A DNA stretch of 64,000 nucleotides from Labilibaculum sp. (GCF_041595635.1 NZ_JBFHJW010000017.1:2883-66882); one strand, 5' to 3'; shown: positions 20,915-30,879, counted from the stretch's first letter. Made by a program: numbers and translations. The notes: generated by a model from the letters alone, not told the origin.

Positions 20915-20991
20915 ACCTAATTTTAATCTTATTTTCTGATCTATTATCAAATCGGTTTTTACAATCGGTTCGAGATTAAAAAAGACTGACT

Positions 20992-22119
20992 ATGAATTTT
21001 TATTCTTTTGTACCCTTACTGTATATTTTCCTTTTGTTATCGTGCAATAATAATGCGGCGAATAAAAATAAAACAAGTTCGCAAAAAGAGGTAGAGCCGA
21101 CACAGGAAGCAAATCAGATTGTGAATAGTTTGCGTTTAAAACAGCCACATCGCAATGATTTATTCACCATGGGTGAAAAGTTCGACATTATTATGACGCC
21201 CAGAAAAAAAGCTGCTGATATCGATTCGGTACAATTTTGGGCTGATGATTCTTTAATTGGAAGTCTTACTGATGAGCCCTGGAAAATGAGCTGCGTTTTC
21301 AGAAATGAGAAAATGGGTAAACATACTCTAAAGGTAATGGCCTACCATGTAGATGGAACCATTGGTATTGTTTCGACCCATATAAATGTAAAAACCGAAT
21401 TGCTTCCCGATGAGTATTCGTACAAAATCATAAATGAATATTCTCACGATAGAGGAGCCTACACGCAGGGTTTATTTTATCATGATGGATTTTTATATGA
21501 GGGAACCGGACAAAAAGGAGAATCGAGTTTGCGTAAGGTGAAAATTGAGAATGGTGAAGCTCTTTCCATTAAAAATTTGGAACAGGAATATTTTGGTGAG
21601 GGAATTACTTTGTACAACAATAAAATTATTCAACTAACATGGACTTCGGGAAAAGCTTTTGTGATTAACCCAGAAACCTTTGAGCAAGAAGATGTTTTTA
21701 CCCCATTAACTAGTAATGGCCAGGCTTGGGGAATTACGAGTGTCAACAATGAGTTGGTTGTTTCGGACGGTACCAATGTTCTTTCATTTATCGATCCAAA
21801 CAATTATTCTACTACAAGAATCGTGGAGGTTTACGACAACAAAGGAAAAGTGACCAACCTGAATGAATTGGAATATATCAATGGAAAAATATTTGCAAAT
21901 GTTTGGTTGACCGATCGTATTGTGATTATTAATCCTGAGACTGGTCGTGTGGAAGGAAATTTGAACTTGGGATCTATCTTAAATACATCTGAAAAGAACC
22001 AATTGATAAAAGGTGATGAGGTTTTGAACGGGATTGCCTGGGATTCCACTAACGGACGTTTATTTGTTACAGGAAAAAGATGGCCTAAGCTTTTCGAAAT
22101 AAAGATTGATAAGAAGTAG
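20992..22119 (+). CDS. Glutamine cyclotransferase (beta-propeller type) with N-terminal Ig-like domain, lipoprotein
   Basis: 375 aa with signal LLLSC. The core YSHDRGAYTQGLFYHDGFLYEGTGQKGESSLRKV and NGIAWD...LFVTGKRWP are typical of plant/bacterial-type glutaminyl cyclases. Confidence 0.8.
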   Translation: MNFYSFVPLLYIFLLLSCNNNAANKNKTSSQKEVEPTQEANQIVNSLRLKQPHRNDLFTMGEKFDIIMTPRKKAADIDSVQFWADDSLIGSLTDEPWKMSCVFRNEKMGKHTLKVMAYHVDGTIGIVSTHINVKTELLPDEYSYKIINEYSHDRGAYTQGLFYHDGFLYEGTGQKGESSLRKVKIENGEALSIKNLEQEYFGEGITLYNNKIIQLTWTSGKAFVINPETFEQEDVFTPLTSNGQAWGITSVNNELVVSDGTNVLSFIDPNNYSTTRIVEVYDNKGKVTNLNELEYINGKIFANVWLTDRIVIINPETGRVEGNLNLGSILNTSEKNQLIKGDEVLNGIAWDSTNGRLFVTGKRWPKLFEIKIDKK

Positions 22120-22155
22120 AAAAAACAATTCGAGCCGATGGAAGCGTAAGAAATC

Positions 22156-23037
22156 TTATTCTGCGATATCAAGTTTACCGTTTCCCTGTTTAAAAAGGGA
22201 GTTTTGGGTATTTCGTAGACCTTCGTAAGAATCTAAAACACCTTTTACGCTTCCTACTAAAATTTTAGCTTCTACCATAATAGGAATTCGATTGTTATCG
22301 TTACTTAACCAAACAGTCATGTCTTCGCCGCCCTTAAACATGGTTCCTTCTACTAAAAGAGGGGAGAATTTTAGGCATTCAAAGTTTTCTCCCGATTTCG
22401 TTTTGATAGTTTCTAAGCCCTGATACCGAATGTATAAGGAATGAATTTCATTATCAATTAGTATCGATATTGGAATCTTATCGCCTTTTTTATACTTCGA
22501 AAAATTTAAATTGCGGACATAGTAAGCAATCGATAAAATATCGAAAGTGCAGGGTTTATTGGTTAGTGTATCCAGCTTGACTGGCTTTTCACGCTTCTGA
22601 ATTTTCGAAAAAATTTGCTTATTGGACTCATCGAACCAATATTCGTGATGAGCATTGTAGTTGGCTTCGTGAGTTCTTCGATCGAAATAAAGCGGAGAAA
22701 GTGTTTGTCGGTCAGCATAGCAGGTAAGTGTATCTCTTAGTTTAAAAACCCAATCGAAAGCTTTGGTATTTTTGCCTTCTCCTTTTATTTTAAAAACATC
22801 CCGATTTTGGAACTGTTCAGCTTCCACCGATAATTCAACTTCTCCGGCAGCTACCCAAATAAAACCCCAATTGTAGTAGCCTCTGAAAACCAATTTTTCA
22901 CCTGCTTGAAAAGCAAAATTTTCAGGGATACATTGCGCTGTTGTGTTTTTTGAAGAGCAAATCAACAACATAAGCAATAGAATATGGAGTTTTTGAATCA
23001 CATTAAGGAATTGAAATTTATTTGTTAACCTGGCCAA
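22156..23037 (-). CDS. DUF3108-like secreted protein
   Basis: 293 aa with a signal peptide. FQAGEKLVFRGYYNWGFIWVAAGEVELSV resembles the DUF3108 N-terminal region. Overlaps the upstream gene by 20 nt, so the true start may be internal. Confidence 0.6.
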   Translation of the reverse strand: MARLTNKFQFLNVIQKLHILLLMLLICSSKNTTAQCIPENFAFQAGEKLVFRGYYNWGFIWVAAGEVELSVEAEQFQNRDVFKIKGEGKNTKAFDWVFKLRDTLTCYADRQTLSPLYFDRRTHEANYNAHHEYWFDESNKQIFSKIQKREKPVKLDTLTNKPCTFDILSIAYYVRNLNFSKYKKGDKIPISILIDNEIHSLYIRYQGLETIKTKSGENFECLKFSPLLVEGTMFKGGEDMTVWLSNDNNRIPIMVEAKILVGSVKGVLDSYEGLRNTQNSLFKQGNGKLDIAE

Positions 23038-23329
23038 TTTTGTTTTCGATAGATTCTACTTTTCTCGTCAAGCGGTTGTTCTTGTTTTTTTGAATATCCA
23101 TTGTCATTGTGCAATAAACACGATCCGAATCCACCTCTAAAACTTCGTAGCAGCGATTTATCAGAGCCAAAGCTTCGGGTAATGCATTTGTTTCAATAAG
23201 TGTTCCCATTGCCGTTAACTGGTAGGAAATCCCGCTTTCACGGATCAATTCAACAACCTTGCTAACTTGTTTGCTTACACTATCTCCTTTATCGGTAGGG
23301 AAAATAGCAAATTCCATGAGTACTGACAT
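23018..23329 (-). CDS. MTH1187/YkoF-family (UPF0045) thiamine-binding-like protein
   Basis: 103 aa. The N-terminus MEFAIFPTDKGDSVSKQVSKVVELIRESGISYQLTAMGTLIE is typical of this family. Confidence 0.75.
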   Translation of the reverse strand: MSVLMEFAIFPTDKGDSVSKQVSKVVELIRESGISYQLTAMGTLIETNALPEALALINRCYEVLEVDSDRVYCTMTMDIQKNKNNRLTRKVESIENKIGQVNK

Positions 23330-23341
23330 ATTTTTATGTTT

Positions 23342-25276
23342 TTATTTATCGTCTGATCTTTTTGTTCTTTTATTACCCTCTGCTTCTTTTTGTAAAGCTT
23401 TTTCGAGTAGTTCTTTTTTCTTAAGCTCAAGTTCAATTTGATATTTATTGAAATTGATTTCTTTTCCTTCTTCAGAAATGGAAACCTGGCTTTCAACATC
23501 CCAATTGGAACGAACTTTTAATTCTTTTTTGTAATAAATAACCAGTTCGGGTTGAATTCCTTCGAGATAGTTTCCTGTATCCCACTTACCATTGCGGTTT
23601 TCATCAATAATAATTTTAAAAAAATAGCTGTCGGGAGCCAAGTAGTCGAACACAACAACTTGGTCGGAATCAACTTTTTTTGTTTGAAGAAGAGTTTCAC
23701 TTTTACTGTTTTTCAGTAATTGAACCAACAAAGGAGTTTTTACATTGCCCACACTTAGCAAAATTCGTCCGTAATAGTCTTCTTCTTGGGTTGTAATTTT
23801 TCCTTTGTATTTATCGCTGTAAATACCATAAATATTACGAAATGCTGTGGAATCAAATTCTACTTTATATTGGGTTTCAGGTTTCCAATCTATTTTCAGA
23901 TTGTAAGTAAGAATATTGGTAGGGTCCTGTTCTATTTTATAATCAATAGGAATTTCTAAGGTATCCTGAAGTCGATAAATTTGGATGCTGTCCTTGTTTA
24001 TTTCAGCCAAAGGTTCATTAAAAACTATTTTAGCATATCTGTTTAAATCCTGGGCTCCACTAGCATTTAGCTTGAAATTATAGGTTGGGGCTTTAATCGT
24101 AATTTGCTTCTTTTTTTTCTTCGACTCCTTCGCTTTTGTAGGATCTGAATAACGTAATTTGACAGTATCAATGAAACCAACAAGCTGACCCAATGAATCG
24201 CTTTTTAGGTACTGTAATTTGGCCAAAAGAGTATCCTTTTTGTAGATAAGAGAATCAGTAATCCAGTAGGATAGAGTGTCGTTGGTTCTGTTTTTTTCTA
24301 GCAGATACCAATTTGGATTTTCATCCATACCTAAGAAGTCAATTTTTAAACTATCTTTTCTGCTGGTATTAAATTCAAAATAAATCATTTCTCTTCTGTC
24401 ACGTTTGTAGGTGGTTAAATATTGAAGAGGGTTGATCTCATCAAACATTCTTATATGAACATTTGTTGGTTCTGGTGAGTGTATTTTTCGGATCACAATA
24501 GAATCCTTACTGATGCTGTCTATTTGCTCGTAAGTATGTATGCTTGGTGTGACTAAATCTTTCTTAAAGCCTATCATTTCTCCTGGACCATTGTAAAGGT
24601 AGTTTTGATTTCCATCAACCAATGCGAATATTTTGTAGTCTCCTTTGCTTAGGTTATTCAGTTGAAAATAACCAGACGAATCGGGTTTGGCTATGTAGCT
24701 TGCTATTTCTTGGTAAGGAATAGAGTCTTTGGTGTTTAAGTAGGCCATAATCATGACATCTTCAACGGGCTTTTCGGTAAAGGCATTGTCTATTTTTCCT
24801 TTAATACTCAGGGAGTCTAGCTGATCTCCAGTTGAGAATACAAACTGAAAACCTTCAAGTACATTTCCTTCATTATTATCGCTTAATCCGTCTCCAAAAT
24901 CGAGTGTGTAAGTAGTGTTTTCACGAAGCTGTTCTTCTAATTTGATATAAATAGAACGACCTTTTAACTTTACACTGGGTTTCTTTTTTAAGGGTGGTGA
25001 TATAATGAAATTGTTACTTATGTCGTTAAGTTTCACAAATTCATTGAAGAATACCTCTATTTTTCCACCTTTGTAGTTGGTGGAATAATTTTTAGGCAGA
25101 GTATTTATAACTTTGGGTGCTACACGATCAATCGGACCGCCGTTAGGCGTACCTTGTCTTGCACAGGAATATATAAAAGTTAAAGTTGCAATTCCTAAAA
25201 GGATATTTAAAGCTAATTTTTTCAAGTTAATTGGTTTTGATAATTGATATTTGCGCACAAAATTACAAAGATTCAA
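23342..25276 (-). CDS. Large Ig-like-domain lipoprotein with lysine/glutamate-rich C-terminal tail (hypothetical)
   Basis: 644-aa track ORF beginning at a TTG. An in-frame TTG at 25225 would give MKKLALNILLGIATLTFIYSC, a textbook lipoprotein signal, so the real start is probably 25225. Confidence 0.7.
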   Translation of the reverse strand: MNLCNFVRKYQLSKPINLKKLALNILLGIATLTFIYSCARQGTPNGGPIDRVAPKVINTLPKNYSTNYKGGKIEVFFNEFVKLNDISNNFIISPPLKKKPSVKLKGRSIYIKLEEQLRENTTYTLDFGDGLSDNNEGNVLEGFQFVFSTGDQLDSLSIKGKIDNAFTEKPVEDVMIMAYLNTKDSIPYQEIASYIAKPDSSGYFQLNNLSKGDYKIFALVDGNQNYLYNGPGEMIGFKKDLVTPSIHTYEQIDSISKDSIVIRKIHSPEPTNVHIRMFDEINPLQYLTTYKRDRREMIYFEFNTSRKDSLKIDFLGMDENPNWYLLEKNRTNDTLSYWITDSLIYKKDTLLAKLQYLKSDSLGQLVGFIDTVKLRYSDPTKAKESKKKKKQITIKAPTYNFKLNASGAQDLNRYAKIVFNEPLAEINKDSIQIYRLQDTLEIPIDYKIEQDPTNILTYNLKIDWKPETQYKVEFDSTAFRNIYGIYSDKYKGKITTQEEDYYGRILLSVGNVKTPLLVQLLKNSKSETLLQTKKVDSDQVVVFDYLAPDSYFFKIIIDENRNGKWDTGNYLEGIQPELVIYYKKELKVRSNWDVESQVSISEEGKEINFNKYQIELELKKKELLEKALQKEAEGNKRTKRSDDK

Positions 25277-25302
25277 AACAAAAATAAGTTAATAAAAGTA
25301 AA

Positions 25303-26628
25303 ATGGATGATTCCTTGCAATATTCCTTGTTAAAAAGAAATGAGTTTTATGAAATAGCAGCTCAAACAAAATTTGATTTTGTGATGTTAGATGCTGGAAT
25401 AAAGGAGATTATGTTTTCGATATTGGCAGCAAATCAAGCTTGCAAATGTGCAATTTTCATTCCTAATGATTTTCAAGAATCTTTACATCAAATTGTTGAT
25501 TCTTTGGATCGAAATCACTCTTTGCTTCTTGCTTTTCGAAAGCAGTTTCCTCATCTAGTATTGCCAGATGAATATTTACACCTAAAGCGGAATACTACGA
25601 AATGGAAGCATCTTTTTTCGGGCCAAGTTCGAAGTAAGGACATTTCAAAATATGAATCAGCCCTGAATGTAGAGGCAGGAGATGCTGTTTTTATCGAAAA
25701 AGAATTTAAAATATCGACTCATCGTTTGCTTCTTTCTCTTCTAAAATATGCGGTTGAAAAAGGGGTAGTGGTTCTAAACCATACGCATTTCGAAAAAGGG
25801 GGATGTCAGGAAGCTGTTCTTCACGATCGTGCAATAAAAGGAGATAAATCCGTTCCCATTTCATTCAATTCCTTACTTTCCTTTTCAGAGATAAAAGAAA
25901 GTGAGTGCAGGTACGAATTTCATATCTACTTGCAAAAGAAAACTTTGTTTTTAAAGCGGAGTTTGAAGTTTTCTGTTCGAGGTATTTTGGTAAGAATGGT
26001 AAGATACCAAGATTACTACCTACTAATTTGTGATTTACAAAACGATAAGGAAAGCTTTCTATCTGAAATTTTACAGGAAGTAAATCGATTGGTAAACTGG
26101 GAAGGAAAATTTTGTTCAGATGATATCATAAGCTACGATATTGTGGAAACAAGAGCAGATCATTCACTAAAAAATCACTTGGATGAATTGGCCAAAATGG
26201 CTCAAAAGAAACTGGGTATTTCTTCCTCTCAATTGCTGAAATGGATTTCTACTTTTTCTGCTAAGGATGCCAATTTTGAGGGAAAAACAGAAATTCAGCA
26301 GTTGATTGAGTTTGGAGATTATCGTTTCGATGAGGCCAAACAGACAGGAATTCATCCCCTTCCTTTTAAAAATATGTTTTATCGCTTTGGTTCCGAAATT
26401 GAGGTTTTAACCGAAAAAGCTTACGAACTGAGACCTAAATTCGGACCTGGACATGATTTGTGGGTTTACGTTCAGTTTTGGTATCTGTACGAAAATGAGA
26501 TGATTTGTTCTCCTCAGGATTATTTGAATAGAATTCAGGGAGGACGACCTGCTCTTGATTCTGATTTGATTGCTTCGGAGGATCTTTTGGTAGATTTTTT
26601 CGAAATGATAAAGAAGCCTAGTATTTAG
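25303..26628 (+). CDS. GlpD-like (glycerol-3-phosphate dehydrogenase family) protein with degenerate FAD-binding motif
   Basis: 441 aa. The N-terminus FDFVMLDAGIKEIMFSILAA aligns by eye to the GlpD dinucleotide-binding segment (xxxVIGGGIxGAGIAxDAA) but lacks the glycines. The mid region SFLSEILQEVNRLVNWEGKFCSDDIISYDIVETRA and the C-terminus FYRFGSEIEVL...WYLYENEMICSPQDYLNR resemble GlpD. Confidence 0.55.
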   Translation: MDDSLQYSLLKRNEFYEIAAQTKFDFVMLDAGIKEIMFSILAANQACKCAIFIPNDFQESLHQIVDSLDRNHSLLLAFRKQFPHLVLPDEYLHLKRNTTKWKHLFSGQVRSKDISKYESALNVEAGDAVFIEKEFKISTHRLLLSLLKYAVEKGVVVLNHTHFEKGGCQEAVLHDRAIKGDKSVPISFNSLLSFSEIKESECRYEFHIYLQKKTLFLKRSLKFSVRGILVRMVRYQDYYLLICDLQNDKESFLSEILQEVNRLVNWEGKFCSDDIISYDIVETRADHSLKNHLDELAKMAQKKLGISSSQLLKWISTFSAKDANFEGKTEIQQLIEFGDYRFDEAKQTGIHPLPFKNMFYRFGSEIEVLTEKAYELRPKFGPGHDLWVYVQFWYLYENEMICSPQDYLNRIQGGRPALDSDLIASEDLLVDFFEMIKKPSI

Positions 26629-26683
26629 GTTGGTTTTTCTTAAATACCAACATATAGGTATTGGTTGATGCTGGAGTAGATCC

Positions 26684-26691
26684 TATTTTTG
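26684..26691 (+). promoter_or_regulatory. Candidate -7 promoter box (TATTTTTG) for the His-rich protein/TonB-receptor pair
   Basis: Exact TAnnTTTG match 32 nt upstream of the ATG at 26723. Overlapping inverted repeats (26628-26665) lie just upstream. Confidence 0.4.
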
Positions 26692-26722
26692 TGTCGTAAT
26701 TTTAGTCCTAGTTAAAGGTTGA

Positions 26723-27088
26723 ATGAAAGCGTTTCGAAAATTTAAAATAGCATTTGTTAGTATTCTGCTTCCAGCAATGATTATGTTGGCGGCCAATGCT
26801 GTTTATAATTGGCACGTTCATAAGCAGGCTGACGGAACCGTACTTGTGCATGCACATCCCTACCATAAATCCGGAAGTGCCGAAGGAACAAGACATCATC
26901 ATCATTCTGGTCAGGAGTATTTTTCATTACAACAAATTACGGCTTTCTTTTTTTCTTTGGTTGCTGGTTTTTATTTAGCCGCGATTTTTAGTAAAGCATT
27001 CATCATCGATAATGTGTACCGTTTATTGGTGAAGAGTAGTATTCTCGAATTTCTTTTGCCTAATCGGGCTCCTCCCATCTATTCTTAA
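26723..27088 (+). CDS. Histidine-rich two-TM small membrane protein (hypothetical, candidate metal-binding)
   Basis: 121 aa. The N-terminal TM (FVSILLPAMIMLAANAV) and a second TM (ITAFFFSLVAGFYLAAIF) flank a loop with 9 His in about 38 residues (WHVHK...VHAHPYHK...RHHHHS). Confidence 0.6.
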   Translation: MKAFRKFKIAFVSILLPAMIMLAANAVYNWHVHKQADGTVLVHAHPYHKSGSAEGTRHHHHSGQEYFSLQQITAFFFSLVAGFYLAAIFSKAFIIDNVYRLLVKSSILEFLLPNRAPPIYS

Positions 27089-27205
27089 TATTTAATGCCT
27101 AATACTGCTCATTAGTAAGCAGATGCTTTTGCTTCTTCAAATTTGTAGAGGTAGGTGCTAGTATGCCTAAAATTTAATCAAATATCTTAATCTAAAACAC
27201 TTATA

Positions 27206-29653
27206 ATGAAACTACTAATGCATTTAGTTGCGGGCATTGTTATGCTCCTAAGTTTAACTTTTTCTACTTTTGCCGAAAATACAACAACAAGCATAAAAGG
27301 TACAGTTACCGATAGAAATAGTAATGAACCAATCCCTTACGCCAGTGTGGCAGTTGAAGGTTCTAGTCTGGGAGCCGTAACCAATTTCGAGGGAGAATTT
27401 GTTATCGATCAGGTTCCTGTCGGACATCATCACCTAATAGCTTCTTGTGTTGGATATAAGTTAGATAAGAAAGAATTAAATATTGAAGTCGGAAGTAATA
27501 ATGACATTGAATTCAAAATTGTAGAAGATTTTATCGGCCTCGATCAGGTCGTGGTCACTGCCGATAGAAATACGATTCAGCGTAAAGATGCTCCTGTAGT
27601 TGTGAATTCGATCTCAACGAAACTATTAAAACAGACTTCTGCCGCTACTTTAGCCGATGGTTTGGCTTTCTCTCCAGGCTTGCGAGTAGAAAATGATTGT
27701 GGAAATTGTGGATTCTCACAAGTAAGAATGAATGGTCTTGAGGGGGGGTATACTCAGATTTTAATTAACAGCAGAGCAATTTTTAGTGGTTTAGCAGGTG
27801 TTTACGGTTTGGAACACATCCCTGCAAATATGATTGAACGAATTGAAGTGGTTCGTGGTGGTGGTTCCGCTCTTTTTGGTGGGAATGCAATTGCGGGAAC
27901 GATTAATGTTATTACTAAAGATCCCATTAGCAATTCTTTTAAGGCAGGTGTAAAATACGGAGCTCTCGGTCTTGGTGTGGACGGAAGCGGAAGTTTCGCG
28001 AACGATATTTCAGCCGATTTTAATGCTTCTGTTGTTTCGGATGATTTTAAAAGTGGTATTTTTATTTTTGGAATGAATCACGAGCGCGATGCTTGGGATG
28101 CGAATGATGATGGTTTTTCTGATATCGTTAAATTGGAAAATCTTAGTGCCGGTTTGCGTGCCTATCATAGAATAAATGATCTTGGAAAAATAACGCTAGA
28201 ATACCATGTGATTGATGAGTACCGAAGAGGTGGTGATCAGTTGGATTTGCCAGCACATGAAGCAATCATTGCCGAAGAAGTTTCTCATCGAATTAACTCA
28301 GGAGGAGTTTCGTGGGATCAATATTTTAACGAGGATAGGATAAGCAAACTAGCTGTTTATGCATCGGCACAAACTGTTGATAGGGAGAGTTACTACGGTG
28401 CTGCTACTGTCGAAGATGAGGATGGAAATGAATTGGAAACAGCAATTCCTGATTATAGTGCTTACGGACAAACCGATGATTTTTCTCTTTCCACTGGAGC
28501 ACAGTTTTTCACAAAAATGAATAATCTCTTGTTTTCTCCTGCTGATATCACTTTGGGCGCAGAGAATTCTTATAATAGCATAAAAGACGATAAGTTGGGT
28601 TATTACGATTATGAGAATAATGAATATGTAGAGACTACGACAATTGCTGATCAAAGCTCTAATACAGTGGGAATTTTTGCCCAAAGTAAATGGGATTTAA
28701 ATACAGTGAAATTTTTACTAGGGGTTCGAATGGATTCTTACAAAATTAAAAATACTGCTGATGATTATGAATTTTCTAATACTGTTTTTAGTCCTCGTGC
28801 AAATGTTTTATTAAATATTTCGAAGGCATCTCAAATGCGTTTGAGTTATGCTAGAGGTTTTAGAGCCCCACAACTTTTCGATGAAGATTTACATATCGAA
28901 GCATCAACAGCGCGAAGAGTTGTTCATGTGTTGGCCGATGATTTAACTGAAGAAAAATCAAACAGTTATACTCTATCCTGGGATTATTCTAAATCTGTTG
29001 GAAATATACAGACTTATTTTTTAGCCGAAGGGTTTTACACTGATCTAATCGATCCATTTTTAAGTGAGTACAGCGACATTGATGATGATGGAAACCTAGT
29101 AAGTGTTAAATCGAATGCCAATGGTGCACTGGTAAAAGGAATGAATTTTGAGTTTAAATTGGCTCCTAGCTACAAGCTCGATTTTCAAATGGGATTAACG
29201 CTTCAATCGAGTAAATATGACGATGTTGTTGACCAGGGTGAAGATGATGATACTGAAAATTCAAGTACCGACGAGATTCTAAGAACGCCTGAAACCTATG
29301 GCTATTTTGCTCTTAATTGGAAACCCTTGCATGAGTTTACTGCTACCCTTTCGGGAAGCTACACTGGTTCCATGAACTTAATTCACTTAGGTGGAGGGGA
29401 TGATGAATTCGGAAATGAAATTCAAGAAAGCCTGGTAAAAACGGATGATTTTATGGATGTGTCCGTTAATTTATCCTATCATTTTGATTTGGGAAAAGAT
29501 GTGAAGTTGCAATTCGACCTTGGTGTGAAGAATATGTTTAATTCTTTCCAGGACGATTTTGATTACGGATCTGGACGAGATGCAGGTTATGTTTATGGTC
29601 CAATGCAGCCAAGAACTCTTCATTTTGGTGTGAAGTTAGGGAACGTATTGTAG
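27206..29653 (+). CDS. TonB-dependent receptor with N-terminal carboxypeptidase-regulatory-like domain
   Basis: 815 aa with a signal peptide, CarboxypepD_reg-like segment IKGTVTDRNSNEPIPYASVAV and plug motif IERIEVVRGGGSALFGGNAIAGTINVITK. The rest is a long beta-barrel region. Confidence 0.92.
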   Translation: MKLLMHLVAGIVMLLSLTFSTFAENTTTSIKGTVTDRNSNEPIPYASVAVEGSSLGAVTNFEGEFVIDQVPVGHHHLIASCVGYKLDKKELNIEVGSNNDIEFKIVEDFIGLDQVVVTADRNTIQRKDAPVVVNSISTKLLKQTSAATLADGLAFSPGLRVENDCGNCGFSQVRMNGLEGGYTQILINSRAIFSGLAGVYGLEHIPANMIERIEVVRGGGSALFGGNAIAGTINVITKDPISNSFKAGVKYGALGLGVDGSGSFANDISADFNASVVSDDFKSGIFIFGMNHERDAWDANDDGFSDIVKLENLSAGLRAYHRINDLGKITLEYHVIDEYRRGGDQLDLPAHEAIIAEEVSHRINSGGVSWDQYFNEDRISKLAVYASAQTVDRESYYGAATVEDEDGNELETAIPDYSAYGQTDDFSLSTGAQFFTKMNNLLFSPADITLGAENSYNSIKDDKLGYYDYENNEYVETTTIADQSSNTVGIFAQSKWDLNTVKFLLGVRMDSYKIKNTADDYEFSNTVFSPRANVLLNISKASQMRLSYARGFRAPQLFDEDLHIEASTARRVVHVLADDLTEEKSNSYTLSWDYSKSVGNIQTYFLAEGFYTDLIDPFLSEYSDIDDDGNLVSVKSNANGALVKGMNFEFKLAPSYKLDFQMGLTLQSSKYDDVVDQGEDDDTENSSTDEILRTPETYGYFALNWKPLHEFTATLSGSYTGSMNLIHLGGGDDEFGNEIQESLVKTDDFMDVSVNLSYHFDLGKDVKLQFDLGVKNMFNSFQDDFDYGSGRDAGYVYGPMQPRTLHFGVKLGNVL

Positions 29654-29698
29654 AAAAAATCTACTAATTAGAAAGTTAGATACAGATTGTATTAAGTA

Positions 29699-29743
29699 GC
29701 GGAGCAATTTCTTTAACAGGATATTAGCTCCGTTTTCTTTTAT
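29699..29743 (+). terminator. Terminator-like hairpin after the TonB-dependent receptor gene
   Basis: CGGAGC / GCTCCG stem with a 21-nt loop, followed by TTTTCTTTTATT. Confidence 0.45.
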
Positions 29744-29893
29744 TGTTTAGCTTAGATTCTAAGCTTGGTTTACTTATTGCTGTGCTTGTTCTAGGTGTTT
29801 GAATCTAACCAGGATTTATAAAGCACGTAGGAAAAGCTGAAAAGAGGCTTAAACAAAAATAAATCAGACAATACGATTTAAAAAAAAGATAAG

Positions 29894-29901
29894 TAAATTT
29901 G
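29894..29901 (+). promoter_or_regulatory. Candidate -7 promoter box (TAAATTTG)
   Basis: Exact TAnnTTTG match 28 nt upstream of the ATG at 29929. Confidence 0.4.
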
Positions 29902-29928
29902 TGCGAATTAATTAAGTAGATTTTTTTT

Positions 29929-30819
29929 ATGGCAGAAACTAGAGGTAACAACGGTAAAAAAGACAACATTTATATCGGAGTCTTGGCTTCATTAGGAGTA
30001 ATTCTTGTAATTGTAGCGGTAATGTATTTTATGGAACACCGCGATAACAAACGTTATATATCTGAAATTACAATTGAGAAAATAAATCTTGAGAATGAAT
30101 TAAAATCACTTTCTCAGGATTATGATTCTTTACAAACCAATAACGATACCTTAAATGTTCAGCTAAAAATGGAACAGGAAAAGATTAGCGAATTATTGGA
30201 GCGTATGAAGGTTTTCAGAAACAATTCATATTTCGAAATTAACAAATACAAAAGAGAGCTGGGAACTTTAAAGGGCGTTCTAAGAGATTATATTGTTCAG
30301 ATAGATTCTCTAAACACAAGAAATCAGTTGCTTACTGCCGAAAATGCTCGAGTAAAAAAACAAATTAATTGGGTAAAAGATCGGAATATTAAGTTGGAAG
30401 AATCTACCGAATCGATGAAGGAAGTGATTAGTAAAGCTGCAACTTTGTCGCTTACAGATCTTTATTGTACACCCATTAACAGAAAAGGGAAAGAGGTGAA
30501 AAAGATTTCTAAAACTGAGAAATTGGTGACCAATTTTACTCTTCAAAAGAATGTGACTGCTTCTACAGGTGTAAAAGAAATTTTTGTTCGAATTAGTCGT
30601 CCCGACGAAGTTGTTTTAGGTAACCCTGAAAATCTTTTGTTTGATTTTGAGAATACAAAATTGAGCTATTCGGCTAAACGTGAAATTGAGTACGAAGGCC
30701 AACAACTTGATGTTGCTATTTTTTGGGACAACGATGGAAGCTTGGTTGAAGGAGAATATAAAATTGACGTATTTGCCGAAGGAAATCATATTGGTTCTTC
30801 TAAATTTATATTGAAATAA
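29929..30819 (+). CDS. Membrane-anchored coiled-coil protein with C-terminal beta-rich domain (hypothetical)
   Basis: 296 aa with one N-terminal TM (IYIGVLASLGVILVIVAVMYF), about 130 aa of heptad-like sequence, then a globular C-terminus. Confidence 0.65.
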   Translation: MAETRGNNGKKDNIYIGVLASLGVILVIVAVMYFMEHRDNKRYISEITIEKINLENELKSLSQDYDSLQTNNDTLNVQLKMEQEKISELLERMKVFRNNSYFEINKYKRELGTLKGVLRDYIVQIDSLNTRNQLLTAENARVKKQINWVKDRNIKLEESTESMKEVISKAATLSLTDLYCTPINRKGKEVKKISKTEKLVTNFTLQKNVTASTGVKEIFVRISRPDEVVLGNPENLLFDFENTKLSYSAKREIEYEGQQLDVAIFWDNDGSLVEGEYKIDVFAEGNHIGSSKFILK

Positions 30820-30847
30820 CTCTTCAAGATCCGACTCATCGTAAAAC

Positions 30848-30879
30848 AAAAAAAACCATCCTTTCTGGATGGTTTTTTT
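30848..30879. terminator. Bidirectional terminator between convergent genes
   Basis: AAAAAAAACCATCCtttctGGATGGTTTTTTT. Confidence 0.8.
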
